Below, in pieces: positions 1 through 8,545 of a DNA stretch of 64,000 nucleotides. The notes under the pieces are model-generated. The model was not told the DNA's origin. It saw only the letters and a program-made list of their open reading frames with translations, and searched no databases. Within the stretch, counting starts at the first letter, position 1. Each line of letters begins with the position of its first letter. A program made the position numbers and the translations under genes. The stretch is from a virus. The stretch covers positions 1 to 64,000 of IMG/VR virus record IMGVR_UViG_3300033153_015023; one strand, given 5' to 3'.

Positions 1-160
1 GGTTTTGTTGGTATTGATGTAGATTCGTTTTTGATTCCACGTTTTTACGCTTGTGATCTCAAAACCGCAACGACCATGACCGAAGATTTGTCCTTCAAGA
101 TTTTTAAGTCCATCATAAGTACCAGTTTCTTTAGTAGTAAAAGTTCCAGTTATTTCCATT

Positions 161-358
161 TTAATCCACTTTATAAAATTCATTTTGATATTGTCTAACC
201 CATCTATTAACTGTTGTAAATAATATATATTGACCGGTAGCCAAACCAAGCTCAGCGTCAGCTTTTGAAGTTCTACCAAACCAAAGCCCGTCACCCTTGT
301 AATACATCACGTTACCTTTTTTAGTGATAATTTTCTTAATTCTTGAGTTTGTTACCAT
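161..358 (-). CDS. Hypothetical protein of the leftward transcription unit
   Basis: 65-aa ORF with GGGGG SD upstream; downstream of a leftward sigma70-type promoter. Confidence 0.55.
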   Translation of the reverse strand: MVTNSRIKKIITKKGNVMYYKGDGLWFGRTSKADAELGLATGQYILFTTVNRWVRQYQNEFYKVD

Positions 359-605
359 TCCTGGCCCCCTTTTAAAATTAATTTTGATATTGTACCATCA
401 AGATTATGAATCTTGCTAGCTATCTGAATGGTACCAGTACAAGGCTTTTCTTCCAGGACTCGTGTTTTTCCTTTATTCCGCCTTGTTTTTTCCTTCTCTA
501 GAGGTTTTAATCGGTTGCCAGGAAGTTCATTTTATCCCCGCCCAACCCTATCAAAACCTTATTTCAAATAACTTATAATTAATTAACTTAATTAACTATA
601 ATAAT

Positions 606-634
606 AAAATAGCATATTTTTAGACGGTTGTCAA
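606..634 (-). promoter_or_regulatory. Leftward sigma70-type promoter
   Basis: Minus strand TTGACA-17 nt-TATTTT with extended TG. Confidence 0.6.
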
Positions 635-883
635 ACATTTTAAAAAGTTTTTTCGCTTTTTTTGTGTTTTTTTACCTGAATTCGGCGTTTTTTACTATAC
701 AAATAACAAGTATTCTTGAGAATATATAACTTTTTATCATTTTTCTGAATTTAAAACTAAACTTTTAGGGCTCTCTGGCCGTATTAAAGAGTATTATACA
801 TTGATTTTACATTGTAATAGATTATTCTATTCAATATGAATTTATTAAGAGAGGGGGGGTATGTCGTTTTTTATATAAATTTG

Positions 884-966
884 TTTCCTTTCCAGATAAA
901 CTATTTTCCTTTCCATATAAAACATCTATATAACCCCTTCCCAGATAAAATATCTATTTTTCCAGG
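884..966. repeat. Short direct repeats in AT-rich intergenic region (candidate iterons, parS or operator)
   Basis: TTTCCAGATAAA, TTTCCATATAAAACATCTAT, TTCCCAGATAAAATATCTAT, TTTCCAGG. Confidence 0.5.
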
Positions 967-1036
967 CGGTAACTATTTTTTATGTTAGGGTGTATTATAT
1001 AGTAGAAAACAATTTTTAGGTATTAGAAAAAAGTTG

Positions 1037-1065
1037 TTGACAAAAAATATTGGGTAGTTTATTAT
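1037..1065 (+). promoter_or_regulatory. Sigma70-type promoter for the ParB-like gene
   Basis: TTGACA-17 nt-TATTAT with upstream A-tract. Confidence 0.8.
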
Positions 1066-1070
1066 TAATA

Positions 1071-1165
1071 GTATGAACGCTAAAGTATTAAATATATTGG
1101 CCCTTCTTCCCGGTGCCCTCCTTCGGGCGTGGCGTTCAGACCGGGAAGCCGGGCTTTATTTTTTA
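1071..1165 (+). promoter_or_regulatory. Structured 5' leader/attenuator, copy 1
   Basis: Stem ggcccttcttcccggt/accgggaagccgggct followed by a T-run; 5' tgaacgcta is complementary to loop tggcgttca. Confidence 0.65.
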
Positions 1166-1171
1166 TAGGAG

Positions 1172-1951
1172 GTGCATATGATAGCACATAGGTTAGCGAA
1201 ATACTTCCCTATACTTGAAGGGGAAGAGTTTGATTTACTTGTACAGGATATAAAAGATCATGGGCAACTTGAACCGATTGTTACTGTAAATGGTGAGATA
1301 CTTGATGGTGTGAATCGCTATAAAGCTTGTATGAAGTTAGGTATTGATACTATTACCGAAGAATATGAAGGTGATGATCCTTTAAGCTATGTTATCTCGT
1401 TAAATATTCGGCGTCGACATCTTGATACCAGCCAGCGAGCAATGTTGGCAACTGAGATGTTGCCGGAGTTTGAGAAGAAAGCGAAAGAAAGATTAAAAAC
1501 TTCATTGCCTGGTGGTGGACGCCTAGGGTCAGAAGACCCAGGGCAAACATGGGAAGACATACATCGCTCAAGGGATGATGCTGCTAAACAATTTGGTGTA
1601 TCTGGCCCGACAATTCAGCGAGCTAAACGCGTCAAAGAGGAAGCGCCTGAAAGAGTAGAAAAGATTATCAAAGGCGAGGAAACAGTAGGTGCCGTTGATG
1701 CAGAATTGCGTCAAAAAAAAGCGGCTAGATCCTATGCAAAGAAGAGAGAGAAGGAAGACAAAAAAGAGATAAAGCAGAAAACGCCTATTTTGGTGAAGGA
1801 ATATTTTGATGCTTTGAAGGCATATAAAAAAGCCTTAGGATTAGCTATCAGGGGAGCTTATCTATTTTCCCCTGAATCAAATAATATACTTCAGACAAAG
1901 CACGATGATCTGATAGAATTGATGCGTAGTCTGGAAGGAGCGATTAAATGA
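1172..1951 (+). CDS. ParB/Srx N-terminal domain protein with HTH
   Basis: GQLEPIV...ILDGVNRY motif, N-x-x-RRHL motif, AAKQFGVS HTH; GGAGG SD. Confidence 0.85.
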   Translation: MHMIAHRLAKYFPILEGEEFDLLVQDIKDHGQLEPIVTVNGEILDGVNRYKACMKLGIDTITEEYEGDDPLSYVISLNIRRRHLDTSQRAMLATEMLPEFEKKAKERLKTSLPGGGRLGSEDPGQTWEDIHRSRDDAAKQFGVSGPTIQRAKRVKEEAPERVEKIIKGEETVGAVDAELRQKKAARSYAKKREKEDKKEIKQKTPILVKEYFDALKAYKKALGLAIRGAYLFSPESNNILQTKHDDLIELMRSLEGAIK

Positions 1952-2445
1952 TCAAAGAAAGGAAAAGTGATATTAGGGAAGATCGACTTAATATAGGTGC
2001 GGATATCCTTTTGGATATGAGAGATGAAGACTTGCCACAAGCAACATTTCTAAGAGTTGCTTTGATTATGGTTAAGTATTTTAAGGAAGGCAAATATATC
2101 AAGGATTTAGAAAAAGTAGGCTATTCTAGTTCCTTTGGCTTAAGACCGAGCTATTGGAATAATAACAGGAAAGATTTAGAGAGAGTTATTCTTGAACGTG
2201 GTTACGTCTTTTATCATTCTCAGGAATGGGTTAAACCAGACAAGGAAAAAAATATACCTGGATTTTTTAGGCATGGCTGGGGATTTCCTACACCAGAAGA
2301 ATTTAATCACACACGTAACCAGCAAAGAAAGGGAATTGTAAAACGGAAAGATACTTATAATGAGAAAATAGAAAATGCACCGGCCAGTTATCAAGATGCC
2401 CTACCCTATCTAAGAACTATGGAAATAGCAGGTCCAAATAATTAG
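1948..2445 (+). CDS. Hypothetical protein, coupled to the ParB-like gene
   Basis: ATGA overlap; 165 aa. Confidence 0.7.
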   Translation: MIKERKSDIREDRLNIGADILLDMRDEDLPQATFLRVALIMVKYFKEGKYIKDLEKVGYSSSFGLRPSYWNNNRKDLERVILERGYVFYHSQEWVKPDKEKNIPGFFRHGWGFPTPEEFNHTRNQQRKGIVKRKDTYNEKIENAPASYQDALPYLRTMEIAGPNN

Positions 2446-2541
2446 GAAGTCCCTTTATTTACAAATTAACTTTGCAGATGTTTTAAGTTTTTTTGTATAA
2501 AGAATTGTTCAATAGATAATGTATTATAGAAGGAGGTTATT

Positions 2542-2769
2542 ATGAAGTTATTAAAACAGTTCGTATTAAAAAAAGATACGTCCACGTACAAACAGCTATT
2601 ATTTATCCTGCCTATAAAATGGCTTCAAAAGACAGGGATGGATAAAGGCGATTTTTTGAATGTGTATGAGATTGATGAATCTACTATAAAAATAGTTGCT
2701 GAGAAAAATCCTTTTGGTCAACCTGAGAATGTATCAAGGGTTGGCAGACCTGTAAAAAGTAAAGGATAA
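2542..2769 (+). CDS. AbrB/MazE/SpoVT-like DNA-binding protein
   Basis: ILPIKWLQKTGMDKGDFLNV pattern; AGGAGG SD. Confidence 0.65.
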   Translation: MKLLKQFVLKKDTSTYKQLLFILPIKWLQKTGMDKGDFLNVYEIDESTIKIVAEKNPFGQPENVSRVGRPVKSKG

Positions 2770-2825
2770 AGACTTGATAAAGACTATGTATTTATATTAT
2801 AATGAACTTCTTCTTCTTCTTTTTA

Positions 2826-2869
2826 GAGCAGGGAATTTGACGCAATGTCTTTTCCCTGCTCACTTTTTT
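2826..2869 (+). terminator. Leader hairpin/terminator upstream of the rep gene
   Basis: gagcagggaa...ttccctgctc followed by a T-run. Confidence 0.6.
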
Positions 2870-2880
2870 AAAGGGTAATT

Positions 2881-3309
2881 ATGTCCATAATTAATTTTTT
2901 TATTGATGATGACATAATTATATCTATCAATAATCGTTTTAGATATGCCAGACAACCTAGAACCATCTTAGAAAAAATTCCTTTTAAAGAAATCATCTAC
3001 TATCTCAATGACAAAACTGGAAAGAAATTCCGGTATACTAATCCTAAGTCGAAAGAAAAAATCACTAGTAGATGGAATGAAGGGTACAGGTTGGATGATT
3101 TTAAAAAGGTTATTGATGTAAAGGTAGCTGAATGGACAGGTACTAATTACGCTATGTATATCAGACCAGAAACTTTATTCGGATCTAAATTTGAAGGTTA
3201 TGTAAATCAAGAACGGGAAGGGACAAATATCTGTCCTAACCCAGAATGTCAATATTTATTAAATGGGACAGAAATAAATTGCCCCAAATGTCATTGGAGG
3301 ATTCGGTGA
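2881..3309 (+). CDS. Phage replication initiator-like protein (conserved phage C-terminal domain) with Zn ribbon
   Basis: IIYYLNDKTGKKF...YIRPETLFGSKFEGYVNQ; CPNPEC..CPKC. Confidence 0.8.
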   Translation: MSIINFFIDDDIIISINNRFRYARQPRTILEKIPFKEIIYYLNDKTGKKFRYTNPKSKEKITSRWNEGYRLDDFKKVIDVKVAEWTGTNYAMYIRPETLFGSKFEGYVNQEREGTNICPNPECQYLLNGTEINCPKCHWRIR

Positions 3310-4163
3310 AGATAATTAACGATCTTAAAATAGGCAAGGGGTTTATTTTTCGAGTAGGTGGACAGCTTGTTTGTGGTTTATGTAGAAAAGAAATTGAGGT
3401 TAGCCAGAAATGTATATACTGTTCTAATTCTTTTGAGCATGGGATAAAAGATGTAGACCATGCTACTAGAATAACAGATGCCTTTTTTAACCAGTTATTC
3501 CCTAAAGAAGATATTTATGATGAGAATAGTGATTACAGACCTAAAGTATTGCATGTAGGGAAACTTTACGATGTAATAGAATCCTGTGAAAAAGCAAAAC
3601 AGTATGATAAGATATATATGAAAGAGCGACTTCTTTCGGAGGCAAACATTCCAAAAAGATATTGTTTTTTAGGTTGGAAAGATTTCCATTCTAATCTAGA
3701 TCTAACTGGGTTAAAAGATTTGTGCTCGAATAATTCAAATGGGGAAATTATTTATTTGCATGGCGATAATAATACTGGTAAAACTTTATTAATGAGTATC
3801 ATGTTGCAAAGATTTCTTGATAATGAGCATAGTATTTATTTTATTACACCAGAGCAAATTGCTAATTTATACGCAAAACACTGGTATGATTCTACAGATA
3901 AGAGAAGTGATTTAGAAAAAATACGATGTTTAGATGTTGTCGGTGTTGATGATTTATTCGATCCGAAGAAGGTGTTTATAGGGAAGAATGGTGGTCTGAT
4001 TATCCCTTCTGTAGATAGTTTTTTACGCTATCGAGTACATAACAATTTAACTACTATTATTACAACTAATATCCCTCTCTTACAAGTTGCACAAACTGAA
4101 TTCCATCAAACTGGAAAACTTTTAGAAAGAGGCGATAAAAAGTTTCGTATTTTATTAACATAA
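3246..4163 (+). CDS. DnaC/IstB-like AAA+ helicase loader (real start probably GTG 3306)
   Basis: Walker A HGDNNTGKT, Walker B VGVDDL, TIITTN; ANIPKRY motif. Confidence 0.8.
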   Translation: MSIFIKWDRNKLPQMSLEDSVKIINDLKIGKGFIFRVGGQLVCGLCRKEIEVSQKCIYCSNSFEHGIKDVDHATRITDAFFNQLFPKEDIYDENSDYRPKVLHVGKLYDVIESCEKAKQYDKIYMKERLLSEANIPKRYCFLGWKDFHSNLDLTGLKDLCSNNSNGEIIYLHGDNNTGKTLLMSIMLQRFLDNEHSIYFITPEQIANLYAKHWYDSTDKRSDLEKIRCLDVVGVDDLFDPKKVFIGKNGGLIIPSVDSFLRYRVHNNLTTIITTNIPLLQVAQTEFHQTGKLLERGDKKFRILLT

Positions 4164-4177
4164 AGAAGGGAAGATGT

Positions 4178-5608
4178 GTGGATTTCTTTTTAAGTAGTGA
4201 TGAAGACAATGAGAGAATTGTTCTAGAAGGTGCTGTGAGAGTGGAAGAGTATTACCAGGTTTTTAGTAGTACTGTGCCAGCAGATTTCCTTAAGGCAGAA
4301 CACAAATGTATTGCAACTGCTCTAATAGAAATAGAAAAAACATCTTCCCCAGGGTTACTTCTTGCCTTTTGTAAAAAAACTGATTTTGTTGCGCCATCTC
4401 TTGAATACATAAAAAAGTTATTTTTCCCGCCACTACCTTCAATAGAAGACTACAAAAAACATGTTGAGATACTCAAATCTGATTCTAGAAGAAGGGTTAT
4501 TGAGGATAAATTGCTTCCTCAATTAATTGAGCATCTTGCTAAAAAATCAGAGCCTATCGGCAATATTTCTGATATAGCAATATCAATAAAAGATGTTGCT
4601 GACTCAGGCGCTGCTAAAATCTATATTCAGAATACAAAAGAACTGTTGGATTCATATAGCGTGGTAGAAGAAGCGCGAAGAAGCGGCAGTAGTTTTTATA
4701 GCTGTGGATTCAAACAAATAGATGAAGAATTAACAAGGGGGTTTTTTCCATCTGGTGTTACTATTATTGGTGGACGTCCAGGGATGGGTAAAAGTTCTTT
4801 TGTTATCAGTAGTGCAATGAGTCTTTCTTTCAAAAAAATTCCTATTCTGTTATTTTCTTTGGAGATGTCATCTATATCTGTTATGGATAGAATTCTATCG
4901 AGAGAGACCAGGGTACCCCTCTCTCAACTAGTAAAACATTCCCACGAATTACCACCAGCTCAATTACAACAAATAAAGGATGTAAAAAAACGACTTTGGG
5001 ATAACGAATATCTGTATGTGTGCGATAGACCAGGTGTATCATTACGTTTTATCAGGGAACAGATTAAAAGGTTCCAGAATATTCATGGGATCAAATACGC
5101 TATTGTATATATAGATTTGTTTGGAAAGATAAAAGATTTGAGTGAGGCTAATATGGCTCAAAGTTATGAGAAAAATCTGAATTTAGTGCAGGGCATGGCA
5201 AGAGAGTTAGGCGTGCATTTTGTTTTAGCAGCACAGATAAATAGAGCTGCTGAGAAAGGAAAAAGTATTTGGAATTACCGGCCTAAATTGCATGATATAA
5301 AGAATTCCGGTGCATGGGAAGAAGTAGCGGATCTGATACTATTTTTGTTTCGTGGAAAATATTATGATGATACTCTCGAAGAAGATGTTATAGAAATTCA
5401 GATAGCTAAACAGCGGGATGGTGCCATGAATACTGTAAAATATTTTCAATTTGTGGGGGAATATGCGTTAATATTAAATGCAGATGTTGTTCCCGCTGAT
5501 AAGAAGGGTAGGGATAGTGGAAAAGAAGATAGCTCGGATGTATATGAAAGCTCTGTTGAAGAAGTCGAGAGAATTAATTCAGCTCGACACCGAAAGATGG
5601 TTACTTGA
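4178..5608 (+). CDS. dnaB: Replicative DNA helicase
   Basis: GGRPGMGKS, FSLEMS, AQINR, SGAWEEVAD, IAKQRDG. Confidence 0.95.
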   Translation: MDFFLSSDEDNERIVLEGAVRVEEYYQVFSSTVPADFLKAEHKCIATALIEIEKTSSPGLLLAFCKKTDFVAPSLEYIKKLFFPPLPSIEDYKKHVEILKSDSRRRVIEDKLLPQLIEHLAKKSEPIGNISDIAISIKDVADSGAAKIYIQNTKELLDSYSVVEEARRSGSSFYSCGFKQIDEELTRGFFPSGVTIIGGRPGMGKSSFVISSAMSLSFKKIPILLFSLEMSSISVMDRILSRETRVPLSQLVKHSHELPPAQLQQIKDVKKRLWDNEYLYVCDRPGVSLRFIREQIKRFQNIHGIKYAIVYIDLFGKIKDLSEANMAQSYEKNLNLVQGMARELGVHFVLAAQINRAAEKGKSIWNYRPKLHDIKNSGAWEEVADLILFLFRGKYYDDTLEEDVIEIQIAKQRDGAMNTVKYFQFVGEYALILNADVVPADKKGRDSGKEDSSDVYESSVEEVERINSARHRKMVT

Positions 5609-6464
5609 TCTAGGGGCAGAAGAACTTCAGCAGCTTGAGAGGGGTTGGTGGGAATTCCGCTGCCTAAATCCTGATCATAACGACCATCATCCCAGCATGG
5701 GATACAATGAATTTACTGGGGCATGGTCCTGTTTTAGTTGTCTTTCAAAAGGCAGTGGCCCGGTGTTTTTAACCATGTTGGCGCTTGATAAACAATATGA
5801 AGAAGCGGTTGAGTTTGTTCTTGACTATGTGATAGGTAAAGAGGATTGGAAGCCTAGAGAGATCAAAAAGAAGCGTAGGATAAAAGTACCTATAGAAGGG
5901 TTTGTAGAACTTCCAGCAGCAGCAATTAAGTATTTAAAAGATAGAGGAATTCCTATAAAGTTTGCACAAAAAAAGGGTGTTAAATGGTCGAATAGTATGA
6001 GCAGGATTATTATTCCCATAACAGAATATTATTGGACTGCAAGGGCTATTGATGATTCAAAACCGAAGTACCTGCATACTAAAGGTTTTTCAAAAAGTGA
6101 AGTTTTGTACAATTTTGATTCTGTGCATAGGGTTGTTTCTGGTGTAGGTGTTGTCGAAGGTGTGTTTGATGCGTGGAAAGTAGAGCTCGCAGGATTCCCA
6201 TGCGTGGCAACTTTCGGCGCGGGAATATCGAATGGACAATTAAGGCTACTGGATGGATTTGTACGATTAGTAGCCATACCTGATAAGGATCAAGGTGGTG
6301 AATTATTTATTGAGAGAATTTCAAAAGTGAGGAATCCTGAATTATGGATAGCGGAACCACCTGGGAAGGATGTAGGGGCGTGTACTATAGAAGAAGTGAG
6401 GAAGATATGGGAAGAAAAGAGGCTGTTTTGGAAGGTATATTCACATATTTTTGTCAAGAAATAA
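5478..6464 (+). CDS. dnaG: DNA primase, CHC2 Zn finger plus Toprim (start probably ~5538-5544)
   Basis: CLNPDHNDHHPS..CFSC; VVEGVFDA; DKDQGG. Confidence 0.9.
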   Translation: MQMLFPLIRRVGIVEKKIARMYMKALLKKSRELIQLDTERWLLDLGAEELQQLERGWWEFRCLNPDHNDHHPSMGYNEFTGAWSCFSCLSKGSGPVFLTMLALDKQYEEAVEFVLDYVIGKEDWKPREIKKKRRIKVPIEGFVELPAAAIKYLKDRGIPIKFAQKKGVKWSNSMSRIIIPITEYYWTARAIDDSKPKYLHTKGFSKSEVLYNFDSVHRVVSGVGVVEGVFDAWKVELAGFPCVATFGAGISNGQLRLLDGFVRLVAIPDKDQGGELFIERISKVRNPELWIAEPPGKDVGACTIEEVRKIWEEKRLFWKVYSHIFVKK

Positions 6465-6472
6465 AAAAGTTG

Positions 6473-6501
6473 TTGACAATTATTATTGTGGGGTTTATAT
6501 T
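6473..6501 (+). promoter_or_regulatory. Sigma70-type promoter upstream of the repeat array
   Basis: AAAAAAGTTGTTGACA-17 nt-TATATT, same upstream context as the 1037 promoter. Confidence 0.8.
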
Positions 6502-6508
6502 ATAGAGA

Positions 6509-6606
6509 GTATGAGTATTCGACTATTTCAAAGATTTGTATTGCCTCCAAAAATTTGATATCTTTAGTCGGATACTCAGTCAAATTTGCGGGGGCTTTAT
6601 TTTTTA
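6509..6606 (+). promoter_or_regulatory. Structured 5' leader/attenuator, copy 2
   Basis: Stem gcctcc..aaatttga/tcaaattt..gggggc followed by a T-run; 5' tgagtattcgacta is complementary to loop tagtcggatactca. Confidence 0.65.
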
Positions 6607-6621
6607 TAAGGGGGAATTAAA

Positions 6622-6914
6622 GAGCGGGCCAAGAAGAATGAGAAAACCAGTGGTCACGAGCGAGCCAATCCCCGCGAGAAAACCACCAGAGGTGAGCGAG
6701 CCACGGAATATGAGAAAACCATGTTTCACGAGCGAGCCAATGATCAAGAGAAAACCACTCCCCTGGAGCGTGCCAAAGGTGTGGAGTAAACCAGAGTGTT
6801 AGAGCGTGCCACGAATATGGAGAAAACCATAGAAGGGAAGCGAGCCATTGATGTCGAGAAAACCATTGATAAAGAGCGAGTCAAGTGAAAAGAGAAAACC
6901 AGTGGGTGTGAGCG
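6622..6914 (+). ncRNA. TIGR-like dual-repeat guide array (8 units of 36 nt)
   Basis: GAGCG(A/G/T)GCCA-N8-GAGAAAACCA-N8, units starting at 6622, 6658, 6694, 6730, 6766, 6802, 6838, 6874, plus terminal GAGCG at 6910; 16 different spacers. Confidence 0.85.
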
Positions 6915-6972
6915 TTATTATTTATTAAAAGGTTAAATTGATTTTAAAAAAGTTCAATATAAGGAGAAGAAG

Positions 6973-7662
6973 GTGCGACGTATAAAAAAGAAAGTAATCT
7001 GGCAGGTAAAAGCAAATCCAGAAAAAATAAGGCTCTGGAAACAAAATATTTCCAGGGGATTAAAACTTTATTGGATGTCACCAGCAGGCATATTAAGAAA
7101 ACAGGTTATGAGGGAAAGTTTCTCTGGACCTGTTAAAGTAGAGTATCAAAAGAAGATACAAAGTAAGAAACCTTTTGAAGATATTCTGAAGGAATTTGCG
7201 CCATGGAAAGAAGGTTTGATACGTAAGTTCTCTAGTTACCCAGCAGAAGAAATTTCACAGGCAATAGATATTGGCATGTGGAAGGGGTATACAAAGTGTG
7301 TAGATAAAAAGTATCTAACATCTTCTGTAACCAGCTATGGATACTGGTCCCTGCTAGATTTTTTAGAGAGTGAAAGACATCCCGATGGAAAACTTGTTTC
7401 TACACCTACTGCTAATATGGATGTTTTTGAAGATGATGTCATATCTATCGAATCAAAACCTTTATTCTGGGCAGCTGTAAAATTTGTTAGGGATAAACTT
7501 TCAAAACCTGGAAAAGAAACACTAGATCTTCTGATCAAAGGATATAGCCAGCGGGAAATAGCAGAAATAAGGGGTGTTTCACCAGGAAGAATTTCACAAA
7601 TTATTACAAATATTATCCGGCCACGAATAGCAGAAGTTTTATCCTATGCAAGTATTATGTAA
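6973..7662 (+). CDS. Phage sigma70-family RNA polymerase sigma factor with basic N-terminal extension
   Basis: Region 2-like EEISQAIDIGMWKG...YWSLLDFL; region 4 HTH GYSQREIAEIRGVSPGRISQI; AAGGAG SD. Confidence 0.75.
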   Translation: MRRIKKKVIWQVKANPEKIRLWKQNISRGLKLYWMSPAGILRKQVMRESFSGPVKVEYQKKIQSKKPFEDILKEFAPWKEGLIRKFSSYPAEEISQAIDIGMWKGYTKCVDKKYLTSSVTSYGYWSLLDFLESERHPDGKLVSTPTANMDVFEDDVISIESKPLFWAAVKFVRDKLSKPGKETLDLLIKGYSQREIAEIRGVSPGRISQIITNIIRPRIAEVLSYASIM

Positions 7663-7690
7663 AGTATAGAAGGGTTTTTGTTGTATTATA
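7658..7690 (+). promoter_or_regulatory. Phage-specific promoter motif (one of ~9 copies)
   Basis: TGTAAA-N19-GTATTATA. Confidence 0.65.
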
Positions 7691-7794
7691 TATTGAGGTA
7701 AGGAAGATGGAAGATATTGTAAAAATTGATAAATTGATGAGTGACTTAAAAAAGAAATATATTAAAGGCCAAATAACAGTAATGGAGTAGTAGT

Positions 7795-8088
7795 ATGATT
7801 AAAACAAAAGATTTTTATGAGCCGTGTAATTGTCGATCAGCAGGTGAATGTCCTCATAATTGGTTTATTGAAGTGAGGGCACTTGCAGCTATGGTAGATA
7901 ATGCTAAAGAAGCAATGTTAAAGAAGTTAACTAAAAAATATACAGAAGGCTGGGGTGGGTGGGATAATCCAGAAGCTATGCCAATTTTAAAAAACAAATT
8001 GATTAAACATATCAAAAAAGATTTTACACCAGAAAATATGATTGATATAATGAATCTTGCTGCTATGATCAGGAATCAACAAATATGA
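7795..8088 (+). CDS. Hypothetical phage protein
   Basis: 97-aa ORF with SD. Confidence 0.65.
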   Translation: MIKTKDFYEPCNCRSAGECPHNWFIEVRALAAMVDNAKEAMLKKLTKKYTEGWGGWDNPEAMPILKNKLIKHIKKDFTPENMIDIMNLAAMIRNQQI

Positions 8089-8302
8089 ATATCTCAACTG
8101 CCGTACTAAAAATAATTGAATTGCATAAATTTGTCCCTGATAGTCTATACGATACTATGACACATCAGAAAACTATTGCGAAAATATTGCAGGAATTATT
8201 GGATACAAATGGTATTGCTGATGAATACTTAGATAAACAGAAATAAATAATAAACTATAAGCAGGTTTTTACTGTATTATAGGATAGGAAGGGGTAAACT
8301 AA

Positions 8303-8545
8303 ATGACTACAAAAGCAGCAGTAATTAAGGCACCTGATGAGGTGTACTCAGCAATGACAGATCAAGCAAAACTTCTTGATATTATGAAAGTTTTTAATAT
8401 AGAAATTACAAAAGAAACTCTCAGATCATTCTCAGTTGAAGGTAGGAAATTCTATTTTAATCTTAAAGGGGAATTAATAAAAATACTTGATAGTGATGGA
8501 AAAATATATAAAAGTTCAGAAGAAAATAAATTGGAGGTAGAGTAA
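8303..8545 (+). CDS. Hypothetical protein
   Basis: Follows promoter motif 8249-8281 and an SD. Confidence 0.65.
   Translation: MTTKAAVIKAPDEVYSAMTDQAKLLDIMKVFNIEITKETLRSFSVEGRKFYFNLKGELIKILDSDGKIYKSSEENKLEVE

Noticed and set aside
1-159. Leftward ORF at the window edge
   Set aside because: The ATG frame stops early and a second open frame lacks a start. It may be a frameshifted gene but cannot be resolved from this window.
6536-6802. 88-aa ORF with periodic SEP/RKP repeats
   Set aside because: It is a translation of the 36-nt array. It starts inside the leader hairpin without an SD and stops mid-array while the repeats continue.
6622-6914. CRISPR array interpretation
   Set aside because: Two alternating 10-nt repeats with 8-nt spacers are far below CRISPR dimensions, and there are no cas genes.
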